Positions 45,727 through 55,077 are shown, counted from the first letter of the stretch. The stretch: 64,000 nucleotides of DNA from an uncultured Hyphomicrobiales bacterium (GCA_964412955.1 CAYPQV010000002.1:683-64682); one strand, 5' to 3'. The notes: generated by a model not told the origin, from the letters alone. Made by a program: numbers and translations.

Positions 45727-48011
45727 AGGGGTTGATCGACGCCATGCGCCGCCTGGCGCCCGCATTCGCGCTTCTGATCGCGCTCATCGCGCCGGGCGGA
45801 TTCGCGCGCGCGCAGACGGGCGATCTCGTGCGCGAGATTCACGTCGAAGGCACCCAGCGCATCGAACCCGAGACGATCCGTTCCTACCTGACCTTCCAGC
45901 GCGGGGAGGCCTACGATCCGGCGCGCATCGACAGCTCGCTCAAGACGTTGTTCGCCACCGGCCTGTTCGCGGACGTGACCATCCGCCGCCAAGGGGGCAA
46001 CGTGATCGTGGCCGTGGTCGAGAACCCGGTCGTCAACCGCATCGCCTTCGAGGGCAACAAGAAGCTGTCCGACGAGACCCTGACCTCGGAGACAACGCTG
46101 CGCCCGCGCAATATTTACACCCGCACCAAGATCCAGAACGACGTGCAGCGCATCCTTACGCTTTATCGACGCAACGGCCGTTTCGCCGCGACCGTCGAAC
46201 CCAAGGTCATCCGCTTGCCGCAAAACCGCGTCGACGTGGTATTCGAGATCGACGAGGGCGCGCCGACCGCGGTGCAACGTATCCGCTTCGTCGGCAACAA
46301 GGAATTCGGCGACGGCAAGCTGCGCGACGTGATTCGCACCAAGGAAACCCGCTGGTTCCGGTTCCTGTCGTCGGACGACACCTACGATCCAGACCGTCTC
46401 ACGCTGGATCGCGAACTCCTGCGCCAGTTCTATCTGAGCAAGGGATTTGCCGATTTCCGCGTCCTGTCGGCGATCGCCGAATTGACGCCCGACCGCAACG
46501 ACTTCTTCATCACCTTCACCATCGACGAAGGCGCGCGTTACCGCTTCGGCAAGCTCGACATCGAAAGCGCTTTGCGCGGCGTGACGCCCGCGGATGTCGC
46601 CGACGCGATCGAAGTCGAAGAAGGCGATTGGTACAACGGCAAGGAACTGGAAACCGCCGTCGACAACCTGATCCTGCGCGTTTCGGGAATGGGGCACCCG
46701 TTCGTCGACGTCCGGCCGCGCATCGACCGCGATCGCGAGAAGCGCGTCATCAACGTCGCCTTCGAGATCGGCGAAGGGCCGCGCATGTTCGTCGAGCGCA
46801 TCGAGATCGTCGGCAACGTCCGCACCCAGGACCGCGTCATCCGGCGCGAATTCCGCCTCGCCGAAGGCGACGCCTTCAACGCCGCCAAGCTCAAGCGCTC
46901 ACGGCAACGCCTCAAGAATCTCAACTACTTCGAAAAGCTGAACGTCGAACAGATTCCCGGCAGCGCCCCGGACAAGACCATCCTCAAGGCCGAAGTCGAG
47001 GAGAAGTCGACCGGCTCGATCTCGCTCGGCGTCGGCTATTCGACCTCCAACGGAGCGCTGTCCGATGTCACGCTGCGCGAGCGCAACTTTCTCGGCCGCG
47101 GCCAAGACGTGCGCATCGGCGGCCGCGTCGCGCAGCGCGGCACCCAGATCGACTTCGGCTTCACCGAACCCGCGTTTCTCGACCGCGAACTGAGCGCGGG
47201 CTTCGATGCCTTCCATGTCACCCGCGATCTCCAGGACATCAGCGGCTACCGATTCAAATCGACCGGCGGCGGCGTGCGTTTCGGTTATCTCATCACCGAG
47301 CGCCTGAGCCAGGGTTGGCGCTACACGCTTCGCAGCGCCGAGTTGCATAATTTCCGAACCGGCATCTCGCCGCTGATTTTGGCCGAAGATACGAGCTTCG
47401 TATCGTCCGAAATCGGCCACACGCTTTCCTATGACCGCCTCGACAACATCGTCGACCCGACCAGCGGATATTTCATTCGCATGAACAACGACGTCGCGGG
47501 TCTCGGCGGCGACGTGTTCCATCTCCGCAACAAGCTGAGCGGCGGCAAGTATTTCCCGTTGGCGGACGAGTGGGTCCTGGGCCTGCGCGCGACCGGCGGT
47601 TACATCACGGGCTACAACGGCAAGACAGTCCGCATCAACGACCGCTTCCTGGTCGGCGGCGACGATATCCGGGGATTCCGTACCGGCGGCATCGGTCCGC
47701 GCGACAACACCGGCGATACGCTCGGCGGCGAGTGGATGTACACGGGAACCGCTGAGGTCATGTTCCCGCTCGGCCTGCCGCCCGAATTCGGCCTCAGGGG
47801 CAAATTGTTCACCGACATGGGCAGCGCCGGCAAGATCGATCCGACCAGCGCCACGGTCCAGGATACCGGCAGCTTGCGCGCCTCCGTCGGCGCCGGTCTC
47901 AACTGGGCATCGCCGTTCGGCCCGATCGGCATCGATTTCGGCATCCCGGTCCTCAAGGAAAGCTTTGACAAGACCGAACTCTTCCGCGTCAACTTCGGCA
48001 CCAAGTTCTAG
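45723..48011 (+). CDS. bamA: Outer membrane protein assembly factor BamA
   Basis: The ATG at 45723 forms an ATGA overlap with the rseP stop. The signal peptide ends ...GGFARAQ. POTRA repeats follow (IHVEGTQRIEPETIRSYL...). The C-terminal beta-barrel ends ...ELFRVNFGTKF. Confidence 0.93.
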   Translation: MKGLIDAMRRLAPAFALLIALIAPGGFARAQTGDLVREIHVEGTQRIEPETIRSYLTFQRGEAYDPARIDSSLKTLFATGLFADVTIRRQGGNVIVAVVENPVVNRIAFEGNKKLSDETLTSETTLRPRNIYTRTKIQNDVQRILTLYRRNGRFAATVEPKVIRLPQNRVDVVFEIDEGAPTAVQRIRFVGNKEFGDGKLRDVIRTKETRWFRFLSSDDTYDPDRLTLDRELLRQFYLSKGFADFRVLSAIAELTPDRNDFFITFTIDEGARYRFGKLDIESALRGVTPADVADAIEVEEGDWYNGKELETAVDNLILRVSGMGHPFVDVRPRIDRDREKRVINVAFEIGEGPRMFVERIEIVGNVRTQDRVIRREFRLAEGDAFNAAKLKRSRQRLKNLNYFEKLNVEQIPGSAPDKTILKAEVEEKSTGSISLGVGYSTSNGALSDVTLRERNFLGRGQDVRIGGRVAQRGTQIDFGFTEPAFLDRELSAGFDAFHVTRDLQDISGYRFKSTGGGVRFGYLITERLSQGWRYTLRSAELHNFRTGISPLILAEDTSFVSSEIGHTLSYDRLDNIVDPTSGYFIRMNNDVAGLGGDVFHLRNKLSGGKYFPLADEWVLGLRATGGYITGYNGKTVRINDRFLVGGDDIRGFRTGGIGPRDNTGDTLGGEWMYTGTAEVMFPLGLPPEFGLRGKLFTDMGSAGKIDPTSATVQDTGSLRASVGAGLNWASPFGPIGIDFGIPVLKESFDKTELFRVNFGTKF

Positions 48012-48025
48012 GAGATCGTATTCAA

Positions 48026-48655
48026 ATGCATCGAAGGTTTATCGTTTTCGCGCTGCTGGCTTCCGCCGTCCTCGCCGGTCACGCCTTCGCGCAGCAATCC
48101 GCCCCGGCGGCCGAGCTGGCGCTTAAGATCGGCGTGATCGACATCGAACAGATCCGGCGCGAGGCGACGGCGGTCCAGGATGCCCGCAAACAGATCACCG
48201 GCTTCCACAATACGGTCCAGACGGAAATTCAGAAGGAAGAAAACGAACTGCGCCAGGCCAACCAGGAGTTGGCCCGCCAGCGGACCGTTCTCGCCCCCGA
48301 GGCTTTCAACGAGGAACGGCGCAAATTCGAGGGGCGCCTGGTCGAGGTCCAGCGCAAGGTGCAGGAGCGCCGCCAGGAACTCGACGACCTCCAGAACGAC
48401 GTGATGCGCCGGATGAACGAGGCGATGGCCGAAGTGGTCATCGAAATCGCCCAGGAACAAGGATACTCCCTGATCCTGCGCCTCGATCAGGCGGTGTTCG
48501 CGGCCGAGCCGTATCTCATCACTAAGACGGTGCTGGAACGGCTCAACAAGAAGCTTCCGTCCATCAAGATCGCCGAACCGGCGAGCTTCAAAGGCGCGAC
48601 CAAGGCCAAGGGACCGGCCAAGGCCAAGTCCGAGCCGGCGAAGAAAAAGCAATAG
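48026..48655 (+). CDS. OmpH/Skp-family periplasmic chaperone
   Basis: 209-aa ORF with signal peptide [22 protein letters not shown], a coiled-coil Q/E/R-rich core, and a conserved position between bamA and lpxD. Confidence 0.85.
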   Translation: MHRRFIVFALLASAVLAGHAFAQQSAPAAELALKIGVIDIEQIRREATAVQDARKQITGFHNTVQTEIQKEENELRQANQELARQRTVLAPEAFNEERRKFEGRLVEVQRKVQERRQELDDLQNDVMRRMNEAMAEVVIEIAQEQGYSLILRLDQAVFAAEPYLITKTVLERLNKKLPSIKIAEPASFKGATKAKGPAKAKSEPAKKKQ

Positions 48656-48662
48656 CCTCGGC

Positions 48663-49676
48663 ATGGCCGACCCGCGTTTTTTCGCCGCCGCCGGACCTTT
48701 CACGCTTCGGGAACTGGCGACGATCGCGGGCGCGGAAATCGCGAACGGCGACGAGGCGCGCCGCTTTGTCGACGTCGCGCCGCTCGGGGCGGCCGGGCCG
48801 GAGGACGTCAGCTTCCTCGACAATCGGCGCTACCTCGACGCCTTCCGGCAAAGCCGCGCCGGCGCCTGCCTGGTCGCGCCCGACGCGGTCAAGGCGGCGC
48901 CGTCGGGCATGAGCCTCCTGATCGCCAAGGACCCGTATCGCGCCTACGCCAAGGTCGCGGCCGCGTTCCATCCTCCGCGCGCGTTCGAACCCGGCATCCA
49001 CCCCGCCGCCCACATCGGCAAGGATGCGCGGGTCGGCGAGGGCTGTCGGATCGAGGCCGGCGCGGCGATCGGCGCGCGCGCCGACATCGGCCAGCGCTGC
49101 CATATCGCCGCCAATGCCGTGATCGGGGAAGGCGTGGCGATCGGCGACGACGGCTGGATCGGTCCCGGTGTATCCATTTCGCACGCGGTTCTCGGCCAGC
49201 GCGCGATCGTTCACGGCGGCGCCCGCATCGGCCAGGACGGATTCGGGTTCGCCCTCGGCCCGCAGGGCCACCTCAAGGTGCCGCAGCTCGGGCGCGTCGT
49301 GATCGGCAACGACGTGGAAATCGGCGCCAACACCACCATCGACCGCGGCGCCGGACCCGACACGGTTGTCGGCGACGGCACCAAGATCGATAATCTCGTC
49401 CAGATCGCCCATAATGTCCGCATCGGGCGCGGGTGCGTCATCGTCGCCCAGGTCGGGATTTCCGGCAGCACCCGGATCGGCGATTTCGTCATGCTCGGCG
49501 GTCAGGCCGGCCTGACCGGGCATCTCGAAATCGGCGACGGCGCCAAGGTCGCGGCCCAGGCCGGGGTCATGCGCGACATCGAGCCGGGCGTCACCGTCGG
49601 CGGCTCGCCCGCCGTGCCGCAGCGGCAATGGCTCAAGGGCGTCGCCCTGATCGAGCGGATGACGCGCAAGGACTGA
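48663..49676 (+). CDS. lpxD: UDP-3-O-(3-hydroxyacyl)glucosamine N-acyltransferase
   Basis: 337-aa ORF with left-handed beta-helix hexapeptide repeats and the context ...[15 protein letters not shown]...[12 protein letters not shown]. Confidence 0.94.
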   Translation: MADPRFFAAAGPFTLRELATIAGAEIANGDEARRFVDVAPLGAAGPEDVSFLDNRRYLDAFRQSRAGACLVAPDAVKAAPSGMSLLIAKDPYRAYAKVAAAFHPPRAFEPGIHPAAHIGKDARVGEGCRIEAGAAIGARADIGQRCHIAANAVIGEGVAIGDDGWIGPGVSISHAVLGQRAIVHGGARIGQDGFGFALGPQGHLKVPQLGRVVIGNDVEIGANTTIDRGAGPDTVVGDGTKIDNLVQIAHNVRIGRGCVIVAQVGISGSTRIGDFVMLGGQAGLTGHLEIGDGAKVAAQAGVMRDIEPGVTVGGSPAVPQRQWLKGVALIERMTRKD

Positions 49677-49694
49677 CGCCAGGAGAGACCGAGC

Positions 49695-50165
49695 ATGAAC
49701 GAACAATCCACCGCCGCCGGAACGGTCATCGACATCAACCGCATCATGCGGCTGATCCCGCACCGCTATCCGTTCCTGCTGATCGACAAGGTTACCGACC
49801 TGATCCCCGACGTCAGCGCCACCGGCGTCAAGAACGTCACCTACAACGAGCCGTTCTTTCAGGGGCATTTTCCCGGCCACCCGATCATGCCCGGCGTGAT
49901 GATCATCGAGGCCATGGCCCAGACCGCGGCGGTGATGGTGATGGAAACCCTGAAACGCACCGCCGACCAGGGCATCGTCGTCTACTTCATGTCGGTCGAC
50001 GAGGCGCGCTTCCGCAAGCCGGTGGTGCCCGGCGACACGCTCCATATCCATGTCGCCAAGCGCCAGCATCGCGGCGCCGTCTGGAAATTCGAGGGCCAAG
50101 CCAAGGTCGGCGACGTATTGAACGCCGAAGCCGTGTTCACCGCCATGATCGTGGAGCCGAAATGA
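49695..50165 (+). CDS. fabZ: 3-hydroxyacyl-ACP dehydratase FabZ
   Basis: 156-aa [17 protein letters not shown]...[25 protein letters not shown]. Confidence 0.96.
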   Translation: MNEQSTAAGTVIDINRIMRLIPHRYPFLLIDKVTDLIPDVSATGVKNVTYNEPFFQGHFPGHPIMPGVMIIEAMAQTAAVMVMETLKRTADQGIVVYFMSVDEARFRKPVVPGDTLHIHVAKRQHRGAVWKFEGQAKVGDVLNAEAVFTAMIVEPK

Positions 50166-50962
50166 CCGACATTCATCCCACCGCCGTCGTCGACGGCAAG
50201 GCCCGCCTCGGCAAGGGCGTGGCGATCGGCCCTTACTGCTGCATCGGCCCCGACGTGGAATTGAAGGACAACGTCCGCCTCATATCGCACGCGGTGGTCG
50301 CGGGCCTGACCACGGTCGGCGAGGGCAGCGTCATCTATCCCTTCGCTTCCATCGGCCATCCGCCCCAGGACCTGAAGTACAAGGGCGAAAAATCGCGCCT
50401 AGCCGTCGGCCGGCGCAACGTGATCCGCGAGCACGTCACCATGAATCCCGGCACCGAGGGCGGCGGCATGCTGACCCAGACCGGGGACGACTGCCTGTTC
50501 ATGGTCGGCGCCCACGTCGCGCACGATTGCCGGATCGGCGACCACGTCATCCTGGTCAACAACGCCACCCTCGCCGGACATGTCCACGTCGAGGACTGGG
50601 CGATCCTGGGAGGGCTTTCGGCGGTGCACCAGTTCGTGCGCATCGGCAAGCACGCCATGGTCGGCGGCATGTCGGGCGTCGAGAACGACGTCATTCCCTA
50701 CGGCTCGGTCACCGGCAATCGCGCCCGCCTGCAGGGCCTCAACATCGTCGGGCTCAAGCGGCGCAACATCTCGCGCGACACCATCCACGCGCTGCGCAAT
50801 GCCTACCGGCTGCTGTTCGCCCAGGAGGGCACTATGGCCGAGCGGCTCGCCGACGTCGCCGAAATGTTCCACGACAACGAGCCGGTCATGGACATCGTCA
50901 AGTTCATCCAGGCGGATTCCTCGCGCGCGATCTGCCACCCGGCTCTCGACGACGCGGCGTGA
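50162..50962 (+). CDS. lpxA: Acyl-ACP--UDP-N-acetylglucosamine O-acyltransferase
   Basis: The ATG at 50162 forms an ATGA overlap with the fabZ stop. The protein begins [17 protein letters not shown]. Hexapeptide repeats are present, along with ...[12 protein letters not shown]... and [13 protein letters not shown]. Confidence 0.94.
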   Translation: MTDIHPTAVVDGKARLGKGVAIGPYCCIGPDVELKDNVRLISHAVVAGLTTVGEGSVIYPFASIGHPPQDLKYKGEKSRLAVGRRNVIREHVTMNPGTEGGGMLTQTGDDCLFMVGAHVAHDCRIGDHVILVNNATLAGHVHVEDWAILGGLSAVHQFVRIGKHAMVGGMSGVENDVIPYGSVTGNRARLQGLNIVGLKRRNISRDTIHALRNAYRLLFAQEGTMAERLADVAEMFHDNEPVMDIVKFIQADSSRAICHPALDDAA

Positions 50963-50972
50963 GGGGGAAGCG

Positions 50973-53054
50973 GTGGCCGCGCGCCTCGGCATCGTCGCCG
51001 GCGGCGGGACTCTGCCCAGGCGCCTGATCGATTCCTGCCGCGCGTCCGACCGGCCGTTTTTCGTCGTCGCCCTCGAAGGCCAGGCCGATCCGACGGCCGT
51101 CGCCGACGCGCCGCACGTCTGGGTCCGGCTCGGCGCCGCGGGCGAGGCGATCGCGCGGCTGCGCGCCGAAGGATGCGCCGAACTGGTGTTCGCGGGCTCG
51201 GTGCGCCGGCCCTCGCTCGCCGATCTTCGTCCCGACGGATGGACCGCCTGGTTTCTCGCCCGCACCGGCGCGTTCGCGCTCGGCGACGACGGGCTGCTCG
51301 CGGCGCTCGCGGGCGCCCTCGAACGGGAGGAGGGGTTTCGCGTCGTCGCGCCCGAAACCATCGTTCCCGAATTGCTCGCGCGCGAAGGCGCCTACGGCCG
51401 CCTCGCGCCCGCGCCCGAGGATCACGCCGACGTCGCCGCCGCGATCGCCGCCGCCCTTGACCTCGGCGCGCGCGACCAGGGCCAGGCGGCGGTCGCGCGC
51501 GACGGTTACGCCGTCGCCCTCGAGCACGCGGACGGCACCGACGCCATGCTGGCAAGGCTCGCCGAAGAGCCGTCGCCAAGTCCGCCCAAGGGGGTCCTGG
51601 CGAAGGTCAAGAAGCCCGGCCAGGAAGCGCGCATCGATCTGCCGGCCATCGGACCGGAAACCGTGCGCCTCGCGGCCCGCGCGGGCTTGCGCGGCATCGT
51701 CGTCGAGGCGGGCGGCGCCCTGGTCGTGGAGCCGGACGAACTCGCCCGCGCCGCCGACGAGAGCGGACTTTTCGTCGCCGGGGTGCGCCTTCCGCGCCCG
51801 CCGGCGCACCCGATGCGGCCGCCGGCGACGGAAGGCCCGCTGATCTTTCTGGTCGCGGGCGAGCCGTCGGGCGACGCCCTCGGCGCGCGCCTGATGGCCG
51901 CGCTCAAGACCAGGACCGGCAACCGTGTCCGTTTCGTCGGCGTCGGCGGGGAAAAAATGTCGGCCGAGGGCCTGGTCAGCCTCTTTCCCATGCGCGAAAT
52001 CGCGGTGATGGGCTTGTTCGAGGTTCTGCCGCGGATACCCAACATCCTCGCCCGCATCGACGAAACCGTCGAGCGGGCCGAGCATTACAATCCCGACGCG
52101 GTCGTCACCATCGATGCGCCCGACTTCAACTTCCGCGTCGCCCGGCGCCTCAAGGGCCTCGGCTTTCCGCGCATCCACTACGTCGCGCCGACCGTGTGGG
52201 CATGGCGGCCGGGACGCGCGCGGAAGATCGCGCGGTTCCTCGACCGCCTGATTGCGCTGTTGCCGTTCGAGCCGCCCTATTTCGAGCGCGAAGGGCTGGC
52301 CTGCACCTTCGTCGGCCATCCGGTTTTGGAAAGCGGAGCGGGAGCGGGCGACGGCCGGGAATTCCGCGCGCGCCACAATATTCCGTCCGACGCGCGGGTG
52401 CTGTGCGTGCTGCCGGGAAGCCGCCGATCCGAGGTCCGCGCCTTGCTCGCGCCGCTCGGCGTCGCGGTCCGCCGCGTCGCCCGCGACGTGGCAGGCCTGC
52501 GCGTGATCGTGCCGACCCTTTCGGCGGTCGCCGACGACGTGCGCACGGCCACCGCCGTGTGGCCGGGGGTCCTGGTCGTCGAGGGCGAAAAGGAGAAGTA
52601 CGACGCGTTCGCCGCCGCCGACGCCGCGCTCGCGGCGTCCGGCACCGTTTCGCTGGAACTGGCCATGGCCGGGCTTCCGCACGCGGTCGCCTATAAGGTC
52701 AACCCGGTGACCGCGTGGATCGCGCGGCGCCTGATCCGGGTCCGCTTCGTCAACTTGGTCAACCTGGTGCTGGAGCGCGCGGGCGAATCCCCGCGCGCAT
52801 CAAAAAAAGATGCGCCCCTACCGGGGCGCGCGGTGGTGCTGGAGCTGCTGCAGGAAGACTGCACCGGCGAGCGGCTCGCCGAGGCCGCATTGAAACTTCT
52901 CGGCGACGCGGCCGCGCGCAAGGCGCAAACGGACGCTTTCGCCGAAGCCCTTCGCCGTCTCGGCCAAGGGCAGGGAGCGCCCTCGGAACGCGCGGCGGAA
53001 GTGGTGCTGGCGGCGATCGCCGAATATCAAGGCAAGACGACCGCTCCCAAATAA
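50973..53054 (+). CDS. lpxB: LpxI-LpxB in-frame fusion: UDP-2,3-diacylglucosamine pyrophosphatase (LpxI/DUF1009, residues 1 to about 275) continuous with lipid-A-disaccharide synthase (LpxB, from about residue 281)
   Basis: There is no stop anywhere in this frame between 50580 and 53054 (I re-read codons 51723-51860 by eye). The GTG at 50973, after GAGGGGGAAG, gives (M)AARLGIVAGGGTLPRRLI...GQAAVARDG...EGTDAML...KKPGQEARIDLPAIG...SGLFVAGV, which is LpxI-like. This is followed directly by RLPRPPAHPMRPPATEGPLIFLVAGEPSGDALGA...DAPDFNFRVARRLK...YVAPTVWAWRPGRA...VGHPV, which is LpxB. An internal ATG at 51813 could additionally give a stand-alone LpxB. Confidence 0.85.
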   Translation: MAARLGIVAGGGTLPRRLIDSCRASDRPFFVVALEGQADPTAVADAPHVWVRLGAAGEAIARLRAEGCAELVFAGSVRRPSLADLRPDGWTAWFLARTGAFALGDDGLLAALAGALEREEGFRVVAPETIVPELLAREGAYGRLAPAPEDHADVAAAIAAALDLGARDQGQAAVARDGYAVALEHADGTDAMLARLAEEPSPSPPKGVLAKVKKPGQEARIDLPAIGPETVRLAARAGLRGIVVEAGGALVVEPDELARAADESGLFVAGVRLPRPPAHPMRPPATEGPLIFLVAGEPSGDALGARLMAALKTRTGNRVRFVGVGGEKMSAEGLVSLFPMREIAVMGLFEVLPRIPNILARIDETVERAEHYNPDAVVTIDAPDFNFRVARRLKGLGFPRIHYVAPTVWAWRPGRARKIARFLDRLIALLPFEPPYFEREGLACTFVGHPVLESGAGAGDGREFRARHNIPSDARVLCVLPGSRRSEVRALLAPLGVAVRRVARDVAGLRVIVPTLSAVADDVRTATAVWPGVLVVEGEKEKYDAFAAADAALAASGTVSLELAMAGLPHAVAYKVNPVTAWIARRLIRVRFVNLVNLVLERAGESPRASKKDAPLPGRAVVLELLQEDCTGERLAEAALKLLGDAAARKAQTDAFAEALRRLGQGQGAPSERAAEVVLAAIAEYQGKTTAPK
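52775..52833 (+). repeat. 51-bp in-frame insertion in lpxB bounded by an 8-bp direct repeat GCGCGCGG and containing a GCGCATC-A7-GATGCGC hairpin
   Basis: GCGCGCGG occurs at 52775-52782 and again at 52826-52833, exactly 51 bp (17 codons) apart. The perfect 7-bp stem is 52794-52800 / 52809-52815, with loop AAAAAAA at 52802-52808 (plus C52801). It encodes AGESPRASKKDAPLPGR within an otherwise conserved NLVLER-AVVLELLQEDC LpxB block. Confidence 0.6.
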
Positions 53055-53078
53055 TTCGCACGGTGTTCGTCCGTACCG

Positions 53079-53114
53079 ATCAACCCACAGGCTGTTGATA
53101 ACTTTTTTCTTTTT
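53079..53114 (+). terminator. Candidate intrinsic terminator after lpxB
   Basis: Inverted repeat ATCAAC (53079-53084) / GTTGAT (53094-53099), followed by AAC-TTTTTT-C-TTTTT (53100-53114). The stem is short and weak, but the T-run is striking for this GC-rich genome. Confidence 0.4.
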
Positions 53115-53214
53115 CGCGGTCGTTTGTTCGTGTGAATATTCGTTTAACGAAAACCGCTCTTCGGGCGGTTTCAAATGAAAATTCACGTCGATTCGGAATA
53201 GCAGGGATTCCGAC

Positions 53215-54042
53215 ATGACAACCGCCGAAGACCGCGCCCGGGTCATCGTCGATCTCGTCACCCGAGACGGATTCAAGGCCATCGACGCGCTGGCGGGGAC
53301 CTTCGGCGTCACCCCGCAGACCATCCGGCGCGACGTCAACGGCCTGTGCGACCGCGGTCTTCTGCGGCGGCGGCACGGCGGGGTCGAGCTGCCGCCGACC
53401 AACCAGAACATCGCCTATGCGGCGCGCCGGGTGCTCAATATCCAAGCCAAGCGTTCCATCGCGCGATCGGTCGCGGCCCAGATTCCCGACGGGGCGTCGC
53501 TGTTCTTCGGGATCGGCACCACGCCGGAAATGTGCGCGCATGCGCTCGCCGATCACCGCCGGTTGCGGGTGATGACCAACAACCTCAACGTCGCGATCGC
53601 ATTCACCGCCAGCCGCGATTGCGAGGTGGTCGTCGCCGGCGGCAAGCTCCGCCCCCGGGACCGCGACGTGATCCACGGCGACGTGTCGGACTTTTTCGAC
53701 CGCTTTCTCGTCGATTTCGGGATCTTCGGCGTCGGCGGCGTCGACGACGACGGGACCCTGTTGGATTTCGACGAAGACGAAGTGCGCGCGCGCCAGGCGC
53801 TTGCGCGCAATTCCCGGCGCCGCTTCCTCGTGCTCGACCACACGAAATTCGGCCGCGCCGCCACCGTGCGCGGCGGCCATATCACCGAGGCCGACGCGAT
53901 CTTCACCGATGCGTTGCCGCCCCAAAATATCACCGAACCGCTCGCGCGTTCCGGCAAGAAACTCGTCATCGCGCCGACGACCGGGCCGCAAGCGACATTT
54001 CCACCCACGCCCAACAAACCCAAGGGAGACCGCTCATGTTGA
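53215..54042 (+). CDS. DeoR/GlpR-family transcriptional regulator
   Basis: 275-aa ORF. The N-terminal HTH is ALAGTFGVTPQTIRRDVNGLCDRGLLRRRHGG. The C-terminal sugar-phosphate-binding DeoR_C-like part contains LFFGIGTTP...FLVLDHTKFGR. It overlaps the downstream SBP gene by 7 nt. Confidence 0.88.
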   Translation: MTTAEDRARVIVDLVTRDGFKAIDALAGTFGVTPQTIRRDVNGLCDRGLLRRRHGGVELPPTNQNIAYAARRVLNIQAKRSIARSVAAQIPDGASLFFGIGTTPEMCAHALADHRRLRVMTNNLNVAIAFTASRDCEVVVAGGKLRPRDRDVIHGDVSDFFDRFLVDFGIFGVGGVDDDGTLLDFDEDEVRARQALARNSRRRFLVLDHTKFGRAATVRGGHITEADAIFTDALPPQNITEPLARSGKKLVIAPTTGPQATFPPTPNKPKGDRSC

Positions 54043-55046
54043 GAAAGCTTTCGTTCGTCTTGTCGCTTCTGCTGGTCGGACAATTCGCGTCCGTCGACGC
54101 TTTCGCGCAAAACCGCGCCATTTGCTACAACTGCCCGCCGGAATGGGCCGATTGGGGCTCGCAACTGAAGGCGATTCAATCGAAGCTCGGCATTCAGGTG
54201 CCGCCCGACAACAAGAATTCGGGGCAGGCGCTCGCCGCGTTGATCGCCGAAAAAGCCAATCCGGTCGCCGACGTGACCTATCTCGGCGGCATCGTCGCCG
54301 ATCCGGCCAAGGACGCGGGCGTGCTGGAAGCGTACAAGCCGAAGGGCTGGGACAAGATTCCGGCCGACCTCAAGGATCCGAACGGGTACTGGTTCACCAT
54401 CCATTCGGGTACCCTCGGCTTGTTCGTGAACACCAAGGCCCTCGGCAACAAGCCCGTGCCGAAAACCTGGTCCGACCTGCTCAAGCCCGACTACAAGGGT
54501 CTGGTCGGCTATCTCGATCCGACCTCGGCCGCCGTCGGACAGCTCGGCGTCATGGCCGTCAACCTGGCGCTGGGCGGCACCTACGACAACATCGATCCCG
54601 CCATCAAATACTTCAAGGCGCTGGCCAAGAATCAGCCGATCGTGCCCAAGCAGACGTCCTACGCGCGGGTGATTTCCGGCGAGATTCCGATTCTCTTCGA
54701 CTACGACTTCAACGCCTATCGCGGCCAGTACACCGACAAGGCGCCGGTGCGGTTCGTGATCCCGACCGAGGGTACCGTCGTGTTTCCGTACGTGATGGGA
54801 TTGGTCAAGAACGGCCCCAACGCCGCCAACGGCAAGAAGATCCTCGACTTCGTGCTCTCCGACGACAGCCAGGTGATGTGGGGCAACGCCTTCCTGCGCC
54901 CGGTTTTCGCCGACAAGCTTTCGGCCGAGGCCAAGACCAAGTTCCTGCCCGCGGCCGAATATGCGCGCGCCAAGCCGATCGACTTGAAGAAGCTGGCCGG
55001 CGCGCAAAAGACCATCATCGAACGCTATAAGAACGAAGTGAACTAA
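54036..55046 (+). CDS. ABC transporter periplasmic substrate-binding protein (PotD/AfuA/PhnS-like class)
   Basis: In-frame ATG at 54036, preceded by AAGGGAGA. Signal peptide MLRKLSFVLSLLLVGQFASVDAFA. Product 336 aa. Substrate not assignable from sequence alone. Confidence 0.85.
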   Translation: MLRKLSFVLSLLLVGQFASVDAFAQNRAICYNCPPEWADWGSQLKAIQSKLGIQVPPDNKNSGQALAALIAEKANPVADVTYLGGIVADPAKDAGVLEAYKPKGWDKIPADLKDPNGYWFTIHSGTLGLFVNTKALGNKPVPKTWSDLLKPDYKGLVGYLDPTSAAVGQLGVMAVNLALGGTYDNIDPAIKYFKALAKNQPIVPKQTSYARVISGEIPILFDYDFNAYRGQYTDKAPVRFVIPTEGTVVFPYVMGLVKNGPNAANGKKILDFVLSDDSQVMWGNAFLRPVFADKLSAEAKTKFLPAAEYARAKPIDLKKLAGAQKTIIERYKNEVN

Positions 55047-55054
55047 GGTCCGGC

Positions 55055-55077
55055 GGGGGCGGCGGCAGGCCGCCCCC
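55055..55077 (+). promoter_or_regulatory. Intercistronic GC hairpin after the SBP gene (GGGGGCGGC-GGCAG-GCCGCCCCC)
   Basis: Perfect 9-bp all-GC stem with a 5-nt loop, 9 nt after the SBP stop. No T-run follows. It lies 26 nt before the first permease gene. Confidence 0.5.

Noticed and set aside
50580-50972. N-terminal 131 codons of track ORF 50580..53054 upstream of the LpxI domain.
   Set aside because: This part overlaps lpxA in another frame and has no LpxI similarity. A GTG at 50973 with a good RBS, just after the lpxA stop, is the sensible start.
53151-53171. Hairpin AAACCGC-TCTTCGG-GCGGTTT followed by a C and then AAATG in the lpxB-deoR spacer, considered as a second terminator or riboswitch-like element.
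   Set aside because: It is a 7-bp stem with only a 3-nt T tail that is part of the stem. There is no conserved riboswitch core that I recognise, so I cannot distinguish it from a chance palindrome or a DeoR operator.
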